DNA from: Anaerovoracaceae bacterium
GTDB lineage: Bacteria; Bacillota; Clostridia; Peptostreptococcales; Anaerovoracaceae
Direction of reading: 5' to 3'
NCBI GenBank assembly: GCA_045643345.1
Contig: JAZUKP010000033.1
Span: 454-64,453, forward strand
DNA length: 64,000 nt
This document shows, piece after piece, positions 16,138 through 25,405 of the stretch. A program made the position numbers and the translations under genes. Every line of letters starts with the position of its first letter. The stretch's first letter is position 1. Under the pieces are notes generated by a model. That model ran no database searches. It was not told the DNA's origin and was given only the letters and a program-made list of their open reading frames with translations.

Positions 16138-16191
16138 TCAATGCATAAGGGCGTGTCAAAACATAGTGTTAAAACCATAGGAGTAAAAAAC

Positions 16192-16764
16192 GTGATTTAC
16201 GGTTATGCCAGAGTGTCAACAAAAGGACAGGAAGAAAATAACTCCTTGCAGCAGCAGGAGAACGAGCTTCGAACTGCCGGAGCGGTCGAAGTAATAAAAG
16301 AAGCCTTCACCGGTACGAAATTTCACAGACCAAAACTTGATTCCTTGCTGGATCAGATCCAGGAGGGCGATGTTTTGATTGTAACAAAGCTCGACAGAAT
16401 CGCCCGAAGCGCCAAAGACGGAATCACGATAATCGACTTTGTAATGGAGAAAGGTGCATCAATCCAGGTTCTTAACATGGGTACTTTCGACAACTCTCCG
16501 ATGGGCAAAGTCGTCCGGACCGTTATGCTCGGGTTTGCGGAATTTGAACGGGACATGATTGTGCAGAGGACACAGGAAGGAAAGGCCTTAGCAAGAAAAA
16601 ACCCGGATTTTGTTGAGGGTCGTCCGAGAAAATTCACAGACTTTCAGATAGAAAGCGCCTTGAAGCTTCTGGATGAAGGAAAACCCTACAAGGAAGTAGT
16701 AAAACTGACCGGGATCAGCAAAAGCACGCTGATCCGGGCAAAAAGACAGAAGAGTATAGAGTAA
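16192..16764 (+). CDS. serine recombinase (resolvase/invertase family)
   Basis: [13 protein letters not shown] catalytic Ser motif, [12 protein letters not shown] and a C-terminal HTH ([15 protein letters not shown]). GTG 16192 lies 8 nt after TAGGAG. Confidence 0.85.
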   Translation: MIYGYARVSTKGQEENNSLQQQENELRTAGAVEVIKEAFTGTKFHRPKLDSLLDQIQEGDVLIVTKLDRIARSAKDGITIIDFVMEKGASIQVLNMGTFDNSPMGKVVRTVMLGFAEFERDMIVQRTQEGKALARKNPDFVEGRPRKFTDFQIESALKLLDEGKPYKEVVKLTGISKSTLIRAKRQKSIE

Positions 16765-16885
16765 AATCAGGATTTTTCATTTACCTTTATTTTGTGGTGA
16801 ATTTGAAGGTATAATCTATCCAAGAAGGAAAATTTCTTCGCTTAAACAGGCGATTTTTCAGAGGGAAAAACCGGGGAAATAAGAT

Positions 16886-17854
16886 ATGGCAAAATATATA
16901 GATTTATTTGGAAAACGGAATGGAAAAGTAACTGTCCTTTTTGGACCATTTAAACCAGAAGGCATAAAATGCACGTATTGGTATTGCTACTGCGATTGTG
17001 GACGTTACTTCAAAGCAAAAACTACTGATTTAAAAAAAGGCACCATTACGGATTGTGGCTGTGAGCCAAAAGATCGTCGCCTCGTTGATCTTTCTGGTCA
17101 AAGATTCGGAAAACTTCTGGTGCAACGGCGCATACCGGATAAGCGCGACCATGGATACTATGTTTATGAATGCAAATGCGATTGCGGAAACACCTGCGAG
17201 GTTAGTTCTGTTCGCCTTAGAAGTGGAAGAGTTAAAGACTGCGGCTGTGTTCCTCCAACACCACGATATAAAGATTTCGCCGGAAAACGTTTTGGCATGC
17301 TCACCGTTGTAAAAAGGGTCGAAAACAAAAATAAGCAAATAATGTGGCTTTGTCGTTGCGATTGCGGAAATGAATTAACCTTATCAACAGCACAACTCCA
17401 ATATGGAAGAAATCATTGCGGAAATCATCAAGAGCCAAAAACCTATCCTCTTGTTGGAAAAAGGTTCGGAAAGCTCCAGGTTGTTGGTGTTGTTGAAGGG
17501 AAGAGAGAGTATCGCGGCTATGTATATAAATGTCTGTGTGACTGTGGGAACACCTGTGAGGCAGGTTCCCTTCGTCTGCAACACGGAACTGTCAAGGACT
17601 GTGGGTGCGTTCCTAAAAAGCCTCGCTATATCGACCTTACAGGGCAAAGATTCGGAATGTTGACCGTATTAGATAGAATTGAGAATACCGAAAAAGGAAT
17701 CATGTGGCGCTGCCGGTGTGACTGCGGTGAAGAACATCCATTCTCAACATATCAGCTTCGTCATGGGGGAAAGGACCAATGCGGCAATCATCCACAAGAG
17801 CAGAAGCCAAAATCCTCAACAAGAAAAACAACAAAACCGGGTATAAAGGGATAG
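16886..17854 (+). CDS. Cys-rich repeat protein (CxCDCG...DCGC modules), truncated by an in-frame TAG
   Basis: Five CxCDCG modules. A ~113-aa unit is duplicated (RFGKL...YVYECKCDCGNTCE...DCGCVP...RFGMLTV...WLCRCDCG). The ORF ends at TAG 17852-17854. Confidence 0.6.
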   Translation: MAKYIDLFGKRNGKVTVLFGPFKPEGIKCTYWYCYCDCGRYFKAKTTDLKKGTITDCGCEPKDRRLVDLSGQRFGKLLVQRRIPDKRDHGYYVYECKCDCGNTCEVSSVRLRSGRVKDCGCVPPTPRYKDFAGKRFGMLTVVKRVENKNKQIMWLCRCDCGNELTLSTAQLQYGRNHCGNHQEPKTYPLVGKRFGKLQVVGVVEGKREYRGYVYKCLCDCGNTCEAGSLRLQHGTVKDCGCVPKKPRYIDLTGQRFGMLTVLDRIENTEKGIMWRCRCDCGEEHPFSTYQLRHGGKDQCGNHPQEQKPKSSTRKTTKPGIKG

Positions 17855-18052
17855 AGAAAAGAAAAGAAAATTCAACATACCGTGGCGGGCATCGGACTGG
17901 CTGGACAATGGATTCATCTTGGAACCTTCGATACATTGGAAGAAGCGACTGAACTGGATTGTCTAAAGGAAAAAGTAATCCCATTAAAAATTAAACATGG
18001 CAAGGATAGGTCAAAGTATTATAAAGAGCATTACGTGAGATGTGAAAGATAA
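17855..18052 (+). pseudogene. AP2-like DNA-binding tail in frame behind TAG 17852
   Basis: The same frame continues RKEKKIQHTVAGIGLAGQWIHLGTFDTLEEATELDCLKEKV... to TAA 18050-18052. GK.IHLGTFDTLEEA is the AP2-type strand-helix pattern seen in phage HNH/GIY-YIG-associated proteins. Confidence 0.45.
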
Positions 18053-18097
18053 CGAAAGTTACTTTTTATACTAATCTTAATTAAACAATATACGATT

Positions 18098-18925
18098 ATG
18101 CAATCCCAAATAGAAAACCATTCAAAACACTATATTTACCTATACTATATCGATAAGAACCTCGTATATATAGGCAAAGCTACCACGAATCCGTATAATA
18201 GATTTTATAGTCATTGCAAGGAAGCCGGATGGAATAATTACGAATATGTAAATAAAATTGACATAATTGAATTGGAAAACCAAACAGAAATGGAAATGCT
18301 GGAACATTATCTAATTATGAGAGATCATCCACGTTGGAACACAAAAGATATTGAACAAATAGAACCGCAATTAGAAATTCGAAAAATCCCAAACGCTATC
18401 TCATATGATAGAACTGAATTTTTAAGAGTTTTTTCCAATAATTCCTCCATTGTGGAGGTGCCTCGCTGTCCATATGATTTTTCATACCCCAGCTCCAAAG
18501 AATCGTTGCTTGAAAATTGTACCGGGCAGTATGATATATTAGTTTATTATGAAGATAAGGAATTATTGTTCGTGGATAATCCCAGCATCTTTTTAAAAAG
18601 GCGGCAGTGGCTTTTGTATTTTAAGACTTTAAAAGACGCAGGCTTTGATCCAATGAGTGTTACTCGGTGTGAAGCATACAGTTTTAATACGAAAACTGAG
18701 GCAAAAATATTTTATAAATATCTTATAGCAAAAACAAAGCCGACATATATGAAGTATAGCGATTACTATAAAGATGATATTAGTTTTGAATTATTTAATC
18801 TACCTAAGCCAAAGATTCAACAAAAAAGATGGCTGAAAGATAATTTAAAACAATTTCAAGATGTGTTTGACACTTTGGAACAAAAAATTGCGGAATATAA
18901 TAAAAGAAATCGCCAAAAAATATAG
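18098..18925 (+). CDS. GIY-YIG nuclease-superfamily protein
   Basis: The motifs YIYLYYIDKNLVYIGKA, NRFYSH, EMLEHYLI and PRWN match the GIY-YIG/R/E/N order. A second degenerate copy lies in the C-terminal half. No clear SD. Confidence 0.5.
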   Translation: MQSQIENHSKHYIYLYYIDKNLVYIGKATTNPYNRFYSHCKEAGWNNYEYVNKIDIIELENQTEMEMLEHYLIMRDHPRWNTKDIEQIEPQLEIRKIPNAISYDRTEFLRVFSNNSSIVEVPRCPYDFSYPSSKESLLENCTGQYDILVYYEDKELLFVDNPSIFLKRRQWLLYFKTLKDAGFDPMSVTRCEAYSFNTKTEAKIFYKYLIAKTKPTYMKYSDYYKDDISFELFNLPKPKIQQKRWLKDNLKQFQDVFDTLEQKIAEYNKRNRQKI

Positions 18926-19003
18926 CGACTTGAATTTAGGGATAGTCCTGCCTAACCAGAAATAAGAAGACTGAAAATACGAGGCTGGCGCACAATATAA
19001 GGA

Positions 19004-20026
19004 ATGAAAAAACACAAAAAAACCCTTCCCCTGGAAGTCACAAATCTATATAAATCCCACGGGATCCTGGATGCCGCTGCAGAAATTCTTGGCCAGGCAG
19101 AGGCCACCCCGGTGAGCGAGCGCAAAATTATCACGCCGCTACATCCGGAAGGAATCGTCGCAAATATCAGGCAATATGCCGAAGCCATGTTTGTGTCGGC
19201 AAACAGGGACTATCTGGATTATATAGATTTTTCGACGGCAAAATACATCCTCTCCGTGCTGCATTGGAGCCGGTACAAGGAAATATACTCCTTCAGCCGG
19301 GAAATGGTTGAGTTGCTTGCGGACGGAAGCATGACCATACCCATTGAAGCATTACACCTTCTTCCGTTTCCGTGTCTCTATGTCCAAATGGAAGGAAGAG
19401 AAAACGACGGATTTATCGCAGATTCATATGATGGGGACAACGGTAAAGTACTGCGCCTGACATTCCTTAAAGACGATGGGACGGACACGCTGTACCGGTT
19501 CTTTGAGTTTGATCTTTCCAAGAATGATACCATTGACGAAGCGCTGCGCTGGCAAACGAAGCAAACGAAGGATTCTCTTGCAAGAATGGGGCAGGAAGAT
19601 TCTATAATAGAAGACTATTCTGTAGACGAAGTGAGCGTGGCGTTTTCATTGCTTCTTTATCTCTGCTGCCAGAACGCCGAAATTAAAGAAAGCTCCGAGA
19701 CCGCATCACTGCACAAAAATGGAAGGACGAAAGAAGAAATTGCTTCGGACAGCTTCCGATCCGTAAGAAAATGGACGGCAGGGGAGGAGATCACCCGAAA
19801 AATCAAAGTTCTATCTAAGAAGAAACCACAAGCGGTCAAAGAATACTACCAGCAGAAGGCGTCCTCATCCAAGCGGCCACACATCAGAGCGGCACACTAT
19901 CACCATTACTGGACGGGGAAGAGGGACGGATCTGAAGAACGAAAACTGATTGTCAAATGGCTGCAGCCAACGTTCATCAACGGGGATAGCGAAGACCTGA
20001 CCGTTAAGACAACAAAATTCGAATAA
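19004..20026 (+). CDS. hypothetical protein
   Basis: 340 aa with a C-terminal basic motif KRPHIRAAHYHHYWTGKRDG. No family recognised. Confidence 0.5.
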   Translation: MKKHKKTLPLEVTNLYKSHGILDAAAEILGQAEATPVSERKIITPLHPEGIVANIRQYAEAMFVSANRDYLDYIDFSTAKYILSVLHWSRYKEIYSFSREMVELLADGSMTIPIEALHLLPFPCLYVQMEGRENDGFIADSYDGDNGKVLRLTFLKDDGTDTLYRFFEFDLSKNDTIDEALRWQTKQTKDSLARMGQEDSIIEDYSVDEVSVAFSLLLYLCCQNAEIKESSETASLHKNGRTKEEIASDSFRSVRKWTAGEEITRKIKVLSKKKPQAVKEYYQQKASSSKRPHIRAAHYHHYWTGKRDGSEERKLIVKWLQPTFINGDSEDLTVKTTKFE

Positions 20027-20090
20027 TTATATGTGAATAAGTAGCTCGTTTAAGATAGAAAAATGCCTTGGAGCAATAAGGGGAAATATC

Positions 20091-20552
20091 ATGACAGAAG
20101 AAAAACAGGAACTTGAATTCAGACGCGCATATGTGAAGGCATTAGCCGATAGAAATCCTTCGGAAGAAATGAAATACAAAACAAATCACGAATATCCGCT
20201 GAATGGCTATGAAATGATGGCACAAGATTATGAAAAAATGCTTCATGACAAGTCAACGGATGAATACTTCGATGCCGCAGACGCAAGAGATGTTGAAATG
20301 AAAATCAAGGCTCTGCGAACGGTTGCCAGGTTGAATGAAGAAGAAATAGATGCTCTCTTCGACACCAGTGCATTCAACAGCATCGTTAAAGGCTACCTTT
20401 GGGCGGCCATGGAGCAGACAGATCCTGAGCTGACCGAGGAACAGAAAAATGCCATAGCAGGATGCTTTTCGCTTGTGCTGAGTGAAATGAGCGCATGGGA
20501 CGCACGCAGAAAGTATGTCAACAATTTGAAGGAAGGAAAGGAGAATGAGTAA
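20091..20552 (+). CDS. hypothetical protein
   Basis: 153 aa, helical and acidic. AAGGGGA lies 7 nt upstream. Confidence 0.5.
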   Translation: MTEEKQELEFRRAYVKALADRNPSEEMKYKTNHEYPLNGYEMMAQDYEKMLHDKSTDEYFDAADARDVEMKIKALRTVARLNEEEIDALFDTSAFNSIVKGYLWAAMEQTDPELTEEQKNAIAGCFSLVLSEMSAWDARRKYVNNLKEGKENE

Positions 20553-20848
20553 TGGATACCGTAAGCGATTTTATATCTTATGTGAAACTCGACATCAGTA
20601 GCGTTAAAAACGGAACACTGCCTTTAGAACTTTTTGTGAGGGATTATTGTGGCGTGCTTTTTATTCTTGGGATTCTGGCAATGTCATGCCTTCTCATGCT
20701 TAAATTAGGTCGTCTTGTATTAGAAGCTGCCAAAGACACACATACTTGCAACGATAACATGGTTGTTCTAACTAAAAAACAAGTTACAACATGCATGGCC
20801 CCGTGGGCTATTAGTTCGGTAATCTGGATGATAATAGCGTCAATTTGA
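20552..20848 (+). CDS. hypothetical membrane protein
   Basis: 98 aa with two hydrophobic helices. AAAGGAGAA is upstream. The stop codon lies inside RE-like fragment R2. Confidence 0.45.
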   Translation: MDTVSDFISYVKLDISSVKNGTLPLELFVRDYCGVLFILGILAMSCLLMLKLGRLVLEAAKDTHTCNDNMVVLTKKQVTTCMAPWAISSVIWMIIASI

Positions 20849-20894
20849 CACTCCCCATGGCTAAAGCAAGGGGTTTTACGGCGGCGCTTGATAA
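20843..20894 (-). repeat. solo IS605-type right-end fragment R2
   Basis: The minus strand reads TTATCAAGCGCCGCCGTAAAACCCCTTGCTTTAGCCATGGGGAGTGTCAAATT. It is near-identical to R3 (25528-25578) in inverted orientation. Confidence 0.55.
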
Positions 20895-21040
20895 GAGTTT
20901 TTCCATAAAACTGCATACTGCCCATCGTGTAGAGTATTTGAGACAAATTGCAGATACACAAGAAATATATAGAGTGAAAAGTTGAGCAGACGCTGTAATG
21001 ATAGAGGAAACGGCAGCTCGTCTTAGATAGACAAGCTGCT

Positions 21041-21295
21041 TTAGTTTGTTCCAATCAGGATCCAACTCATATCCGCTTCGATATAGCAGAGTTGGTAGGT
21101 CAGGCGACGACCGTTGAAATTGTTGGTCACGCATTCAAAAAACATCCGGCCGCTGGCGCGGGATACGGATACAACCTTATCAACCGGATATATTACCGGA
21201 TCCCCATCCTCATCAATCAGGCGGAAGCGCCTCGGTACCATTCCGTCTTTGACAGTGAAAGAGGCTATGACATCAATGGATTTTCGAAACTGCAT
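21041..21295 (-). CDS. hypothetical protein
   Basis: 84 aa. Last gene of the minus-strand CoiA-like operon. Confidence 0.4.
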   Translation of the reverse strand: MQFRKSIDVIASFTVKDGMVPRRFRLIDEDGDPVIYPVDKVVSVSRASGRMFFECVTNNFNGRRLTYQLCYIEADMSWILIGTN

Positions 21296-21317
21296 CTTTT
21301 AATGAGATGAAATGTTA

Positions 21318-21833
21318 TTATTCAAATACATTTCTGTTTTCTCCGTAGAAAATACGTCCATGTTCAAGGTTTGATTTATATGCGCAGCCTTCGCTCAAAA
21401 TCTTATTTTTATTAACACAATGTTTTGCATTTGAACATTCAAGATACTGGCTGCAGCAACCAAATGATTCATGTTCATAATCCTTTAAGACCTTTACAAA
21501 TGCGGCTGCAATATTTTCTGAGAAACCAATTATTCCATCAATATTCTTGAATTCAATCTTTGCCCATTCTTCATCATAAGAAAGAACTATCTCCGCTGGG
21601 AAGAACTTTGCGTTTGCAACTCTCACAAGCATATACGAAGATGATTTAACGCGAAAAACCAACTTTACAACAATAGAATCCTTCGCTTTAATTGAAATCG
21701 CTCCATCTGAAATCCTATTGACATTCAAAAGTCGGATATACTCCTCGTCAACCAATTTTTCTTTCAAAGCATCTTTAATTTTACAAACATCAAGGTCTGT
21801 ATCTAATGTAAGATTTAACTCAATTTGCTCCAT
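21318..21833 (-). CDS. hypothetical protein with Cys-rich C-terminus
   Basis: 171 aa with C-terminal FGCCSQYLECSNAKHCVNKNKILSEGCAYKSNLEHGRIFYG. The SD lies inside the upstream gene end. Confidence 0.5.
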   Translation of the reverse strand: MEQIELNLTLDTDLDVCKIKDALKEKLVDEEYIRLLNVNRISDGAISIKAKDSIVVKLVFRVKSSSYMLVRVANAKFFPAEIVLSYDEEWAKIEFKNIDGIIGFSENIAAAFVKVLKDYEHESFGCCSQYLECSNAKHCVNKNKILSEGCAYKSNLEHGRIFYGENRNVFE

Positions 21834-21836
21834 ATT

Positions 21837-23036
21837 TTATTCCTCTGCCATCCGATAAAACTCATACTCGCTAATTATCTCTATATCGTATCCTTTTTCT
21901 TTATATTCTTCAGCTTTTTTTTGCTTGTTGCTTTTCCCCTCTTTGATTACTCCTTCTCTATATCCTCCAACAACAAGATAATTGACTTTTTTTGTTACAG
22001 AATCGGCACAATGCCCCCCATAATTAACAACCAACTGCATCGCGTTTTTTCTATCAAATTTTTCCAGAGTTCCGGTAAACACAAAGGTTTTATTATAAAT
22101 AGGAGAGTCCTCATCTATCAGATCCTTTTGAGCAACAATTTGTTTTGCGCGTACAGCAGAAGAATGTTTTTTGAATGTTTTCTGTATCTCCTCAATCGAG
22201 CCAAAAACAGCATATACATCTTTCAACAAACAGGAATATACTTGAATTGTAGTAAAACAATCTCCTAATGCTCTATGAGCTTCCATTTGAGGGATATTAT
22301 AATACTCCGCAAGATCGGAAAGGCGATGGTGTTTTAAATTTTTAAGAACTTTTCGAGCAACCCGTAATGTGTCAATAAAATCATTCGAGAACTTTTGTCC
22401 CAGGGATAATTCTGCTGCATCATATATAAAATTTATATCAAAATTAACATTGTGACCTATGACAATATTTTCTCCAATAAAATTCAAGAATTCCGAAAGA
22501 ACTTCTTTTTCACTTCTTGCATTTTCAAGCATTCTGTTTGTTATTCCTGTCAAGCTTGTTATGAAAGAATCAACATATCTTACTTTCTGCCCATCTACAA
22601 CACAATAGTCTACAATATCCTCATCACAGATAGTATAGTACGCAGGTTTAATTAACTCTGAAAAATACGCTACTACCTTACCATCCTTTACTTTTAATCC
22701 GGCTACTTCAATTAAAGAATCCGAATTATAATCAAGACCCGTCGTTTCGGTATCGATCACAACATAATCCTTTAAGTCAAGAATCGTACTATTCCCTTTT
22801 TCTCGAATTCTTTTTTTCTCTGTGTAAATTTCTTCTTTATCGAAACCAGAAAGAGCTGCTGAATATAAAAGCCTTAGCCGTTCTTCTTTATCTTCATCAT
22901 CAATCGCTTCGTTAAGAAAATCTGTTATTTCTTTCTTTATAGAAGGTTCCATATTATCGGAATCAAGAAACGATTGAAATGTTTTCTTAAAAACATCAAA
23001 TGAAAGACCTATTTCTACATTTATCCCTCTACTCAT
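21837..23036 (-). CDS. DEDD 3'-5' exonuclease (DnaQ/epsilon-like) with C-terminal BRCT domain
   Basis: Exo I VIDTETTGL, Exo II HNVNFDINFIY and Exo III HRALGDCFTT. The BRCT-like part is FVFTGTLEKFDRKNAMQLVVNYGGHCADSVTKKVNYLVVGG. Confidence 0.8.
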   Translation of the reverse strand: MSRGINVEIGLSFDVFKKTFQSFLDSDNMEPSIKKEITDFLNEAIDDEDKEERLRLLYSAALSGFDKEEIYTEKKRIREKGNSTILDLKDYVVIDTETTGLDYNSDSLIEVAGLKVKDGKVVAYFSELIKPAYYTICDEDIVDYCVVDGQKVRYVDSFITSLTGITNRMLENARSEKEVLSEFLNFIGENIVIGHNVNFDINFIYDAAELSLGQKFSNDFIDTLRVARKVLKNLKHHRLSDLAEYYNIPQMEAHRALGDCFTTIQVYSCLLKDVYAVFGSIEEIQKTFKKHSSAVRAKQIVAQKDLIDEDSPIYNKTFVFTGTLEKFDRKNAMQLVVNYGGHCADSVTKKVNYLVVGGYREGVIKEGKSNKQKKAEEYKEKGYDIEIISEYEFYRMAEE

Positions 23037-23156
23037 TATCTTTGCTCCCTCTACTTCAAATATCTCACGAATATCACTTTGCCAAGAATATATATCTCAG
23101 AAATTCCAGACTCGTCGAATATGCGAAAAACCACTGGAAACTATAAGGTCAATTTA

Positions 23157-24665
23157 TTATATCTTATCCCTGCAGTCATAACAAACACCAAAGTTTACCT
23201 GGCCTTTTCCTCCGTAGGATATGAAATTTTCCTCCGTCCCGATATGACCACATTTTTTGCATTTAATCAGCCTCCCATGAATGGGGGCATTGATTACCGC
23301 CTCCTGTTCGAAGATCTCCGGATGATTAAAATAGAAGCTAATTTCAGATGCGCGCTGCTCTTTTTTTATTTGTTCCTGCATCCGGAAGGCATCAAATTTT
23401 TCACGTGCGGTCTTTAATAATTTTTCATATTGCAAACCAACCCGGACCGCTGCAGGGAGATTTTCGACTATTTTTTCAGCGGCCTTAATCATTTCATCCG
23501 CATTTTCGGGAATCCCTTCAAATTCATTGAGATACCCATACCTTACAGATATAGGGGTATCATTCGGAAAGATTTTCCCGACGGTCTCTATAATCTTATT
23601 ATCAATTTTTTGGGATTCTATCTCAGTTTTGATTTTGGCAATCTTCTGCGCTTGGTTCTTCTCGTTTTCTTCTCGGATCCTCCGTTGCGTTTCCTCTTGT
23701 ACTTGTTTCTCTTTTTCGAAATCCCTTTCCTTAAAATGAACCAGTTTCCATATCGGAAGATACGCATTTTTTACGGCATATTTTTTGCTTTTGTACCGCC
23801 ATGCCTTATCATAATAAGCATAGTATCCTTCCGGTTGTCCGTAATCATTTGTCTGTAGCACTCCGTTCCGGCCAAAGATAAACATCGCCTGGTTGGTATA
23901 TTTATTTCCGACAACCATAAATTGATATTTTGAATTCCATAATTCCTCAATAGTATTCCCTTGAACTTCCGCAACAAGCTCCGGTTTATTTGAAAGATCT
24001 GGTTCGTGGTAGGGGAGGAGCTTTTGAATATTATCCTTTGCAGTAGAAATAAAATCCTGAATAGAAAAACATGGATTACCGGTTTTAAAGTAATGATCTC
24101 CGTTATAGACCATTCTCTCGATGCATTCTTTATAATCATCGAACTGCACATATATTTCTGCCTCTTCCTGCTTAATATCCAGCTTGCCGAGCGGGGTCCG
24201 GATCCCGCTATAGGTGTATTTATGCTGATATCCACCGTCTATATATTCTTTGCTTATATCAAAGAGCCAAACGACTTTGTATCCGGCTTCTGTATAAAAG
24301 CTGTTTCTATCTCTAAACTCATCAATCGACAAGCTGCTATGTTGGAACTCTATAACAGTATCGTTAATCAGGACATCGGCATAATGCTTTTTCCCGGATT
24401 TATCAGATACAACAACTTCCCGGCATTCCTCCGGAAACCGCTCCTGCCACTCCCGGTGCCAATCAGTCATATCGTATGTCCAAGAATCAACACACTTAAT
24501 ATATTGATACTTCGCATTTGAAGGGAAATGTGCAAAATGCGGAGATCTCTCCGAACCTCTTTTCTGAAAGACTGGCTGCGCACACATTGGACAAAAATAA
24601 TGTTTCCCGGAAACTGCATTTTCAATCCAAACGGATTGATTGTTTTCATCAAAAGCTTTGAACAT
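23157..24665 (-). CDS. CoiA-like nuclease-family protein with long C-terminal extension
   Basis: N-terminal zinc-ribbon YFCPMCAQPVFQKRGSERSPHFAH, then WHREWQ...HYADVLINDTVIEFQHSSLS (CoiA pattern). A coiled-coil and a C-terminal CKKCG...CYDC ribbon follow. Confidence 0.6.
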   Translation of the reverse strand: MFKAFDENNQSVWIENAVSGKHYFCPMCAQPVFQKRGSERSPHFAHFPSNAKYQYIKCVDSWTYDMTDWHREWQERFPEECREVVVSDKSGKKHYADVLINDTVIEFQHSSLSIDEFRDRNSFYTEAGYKVVWLFDISKEYIDGGYQHKYTYSGIRTPLGKLDIKQEEAEIYVQFDDYKECIERMVYNGDHYFKTGNPCFSIQDFISTAKDNIQKLLPYHEPDLSNKPELVAEVQGNTIEELWNSKYQFMVVGNKYTNQAMFIFGRNGVLQTNDYGQPEGYYAYYDKAWRYKSKKYAVKNAYLPIWKLVHFKERDFEKEKQVQEETQRRIREENEKNQAQKIAKIKTEIESQKIDNKIIETVGKIFPNDTPISVRYGYLNEFEGIPENADEMIKAAEKIVENLPAAVRVGLQYEKLLKTAREKFDAFRMQEQIKKEQRASEISFYFNHPEIFEQEAVINAPIHGRLIKCKKCGHIGTEENFISYGGKGQVNFGVCYDCRDKI

Positions 24666-25303
24666 GGAGAATCCCTTTCGATATGATAAAACAAAAAAGA
24701 CCTAACACGACTTGATTATATCACAGGGACTACATAACCCAGTACAAAAAATACGCCAAGTCTGGGAAAAACACCGGCAAGGAAGGGGAAAGGAGGCGGG
24801 ATTTTAGGGGATTTAGGGCGGAATTTGCTCTACGCATGTAGAACAACTATTCCTAAAATGTAATTTTTGGGAAATGTTGCTTTCTTTGGTATAATTTGGC
24901 ATTTATGCCGGTAAAGATGAGCCAGGTAATCCTGGCTCGATTTTCTATTCAAACTATGAAAGTCAAATTTATTGTAACGCTGTTGCAAGGTTTAATCAAT
25001 TTAATTTTTTGATTTAGCCTTCGGAAAAATCGCCTGTTTCAGCCATTCTATTTTTTCTTTTGATATATATATCCTTGAATTTTCAACGAATTTCGTCTAT
25101 AATTTATTTGTTTCAAAGTATACCCGCTTTTTAGAAAAGCCCGGAGCCCCCATCCCTTATGCCTCCAGGCTTTTTCTTTTTCAATAATTGACCAATATTC
25201 CTTTTTATGAGAAAATATTCCCGGAGCTACCATAATACGGTAGGCGGTTTGCCCTCACCAGAGGGTGAGAACCCTCTGACAGAAATGAAAGGGGGTGATC
25301 AGA

Positions 25304-25405
25304 ATGAGCGATTTTGAGATTCTCAGCATCGTATTTGCTGTTTTAGGAATCGTTGTATCCATGCTGATTGCATGGATTAAAGAAATTAGTTCAAGAAAAA
25401 AATAA
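25304..25405 (+). CDS. holin-like type I toxin peptide, copy 1 (33 aa, not in ORF track)
   Basis: MSDFEILSIVFAVLGIVVSMLIAWIKEISSRKK has a single TM helix with a basic tail (Hol-Tox-like pattern). GGGGGTGA SD. Own promoter TTGACC-17-GAAAAT (25188-25216). Confidence 0.6.
   Translation: MSDFEILSIVFAVLGIVVSMLIAWIKEISSRKK

Noticed and set aside
17852-17854. TAG stop-codon reassignment for the whole element.
   Set aside because: Several well-supported genes terminate at TAG at the expected protein ends (14121, 16042, 11362, 46203, 31827). A single nonsense change or local read-through is more parsimonious.
21825-24521. Plus-strand ORFs 21825..22268, 22452..22655, 23079..23417, 23430..23858 and 24006..24521.
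   Set aside because: They are antisense to the exonuclease-BRCT and CoiA-like genes. They have Phe/Ile/Leu-rich composition typical of the reverse frame of AT-rich genes, and no SD.
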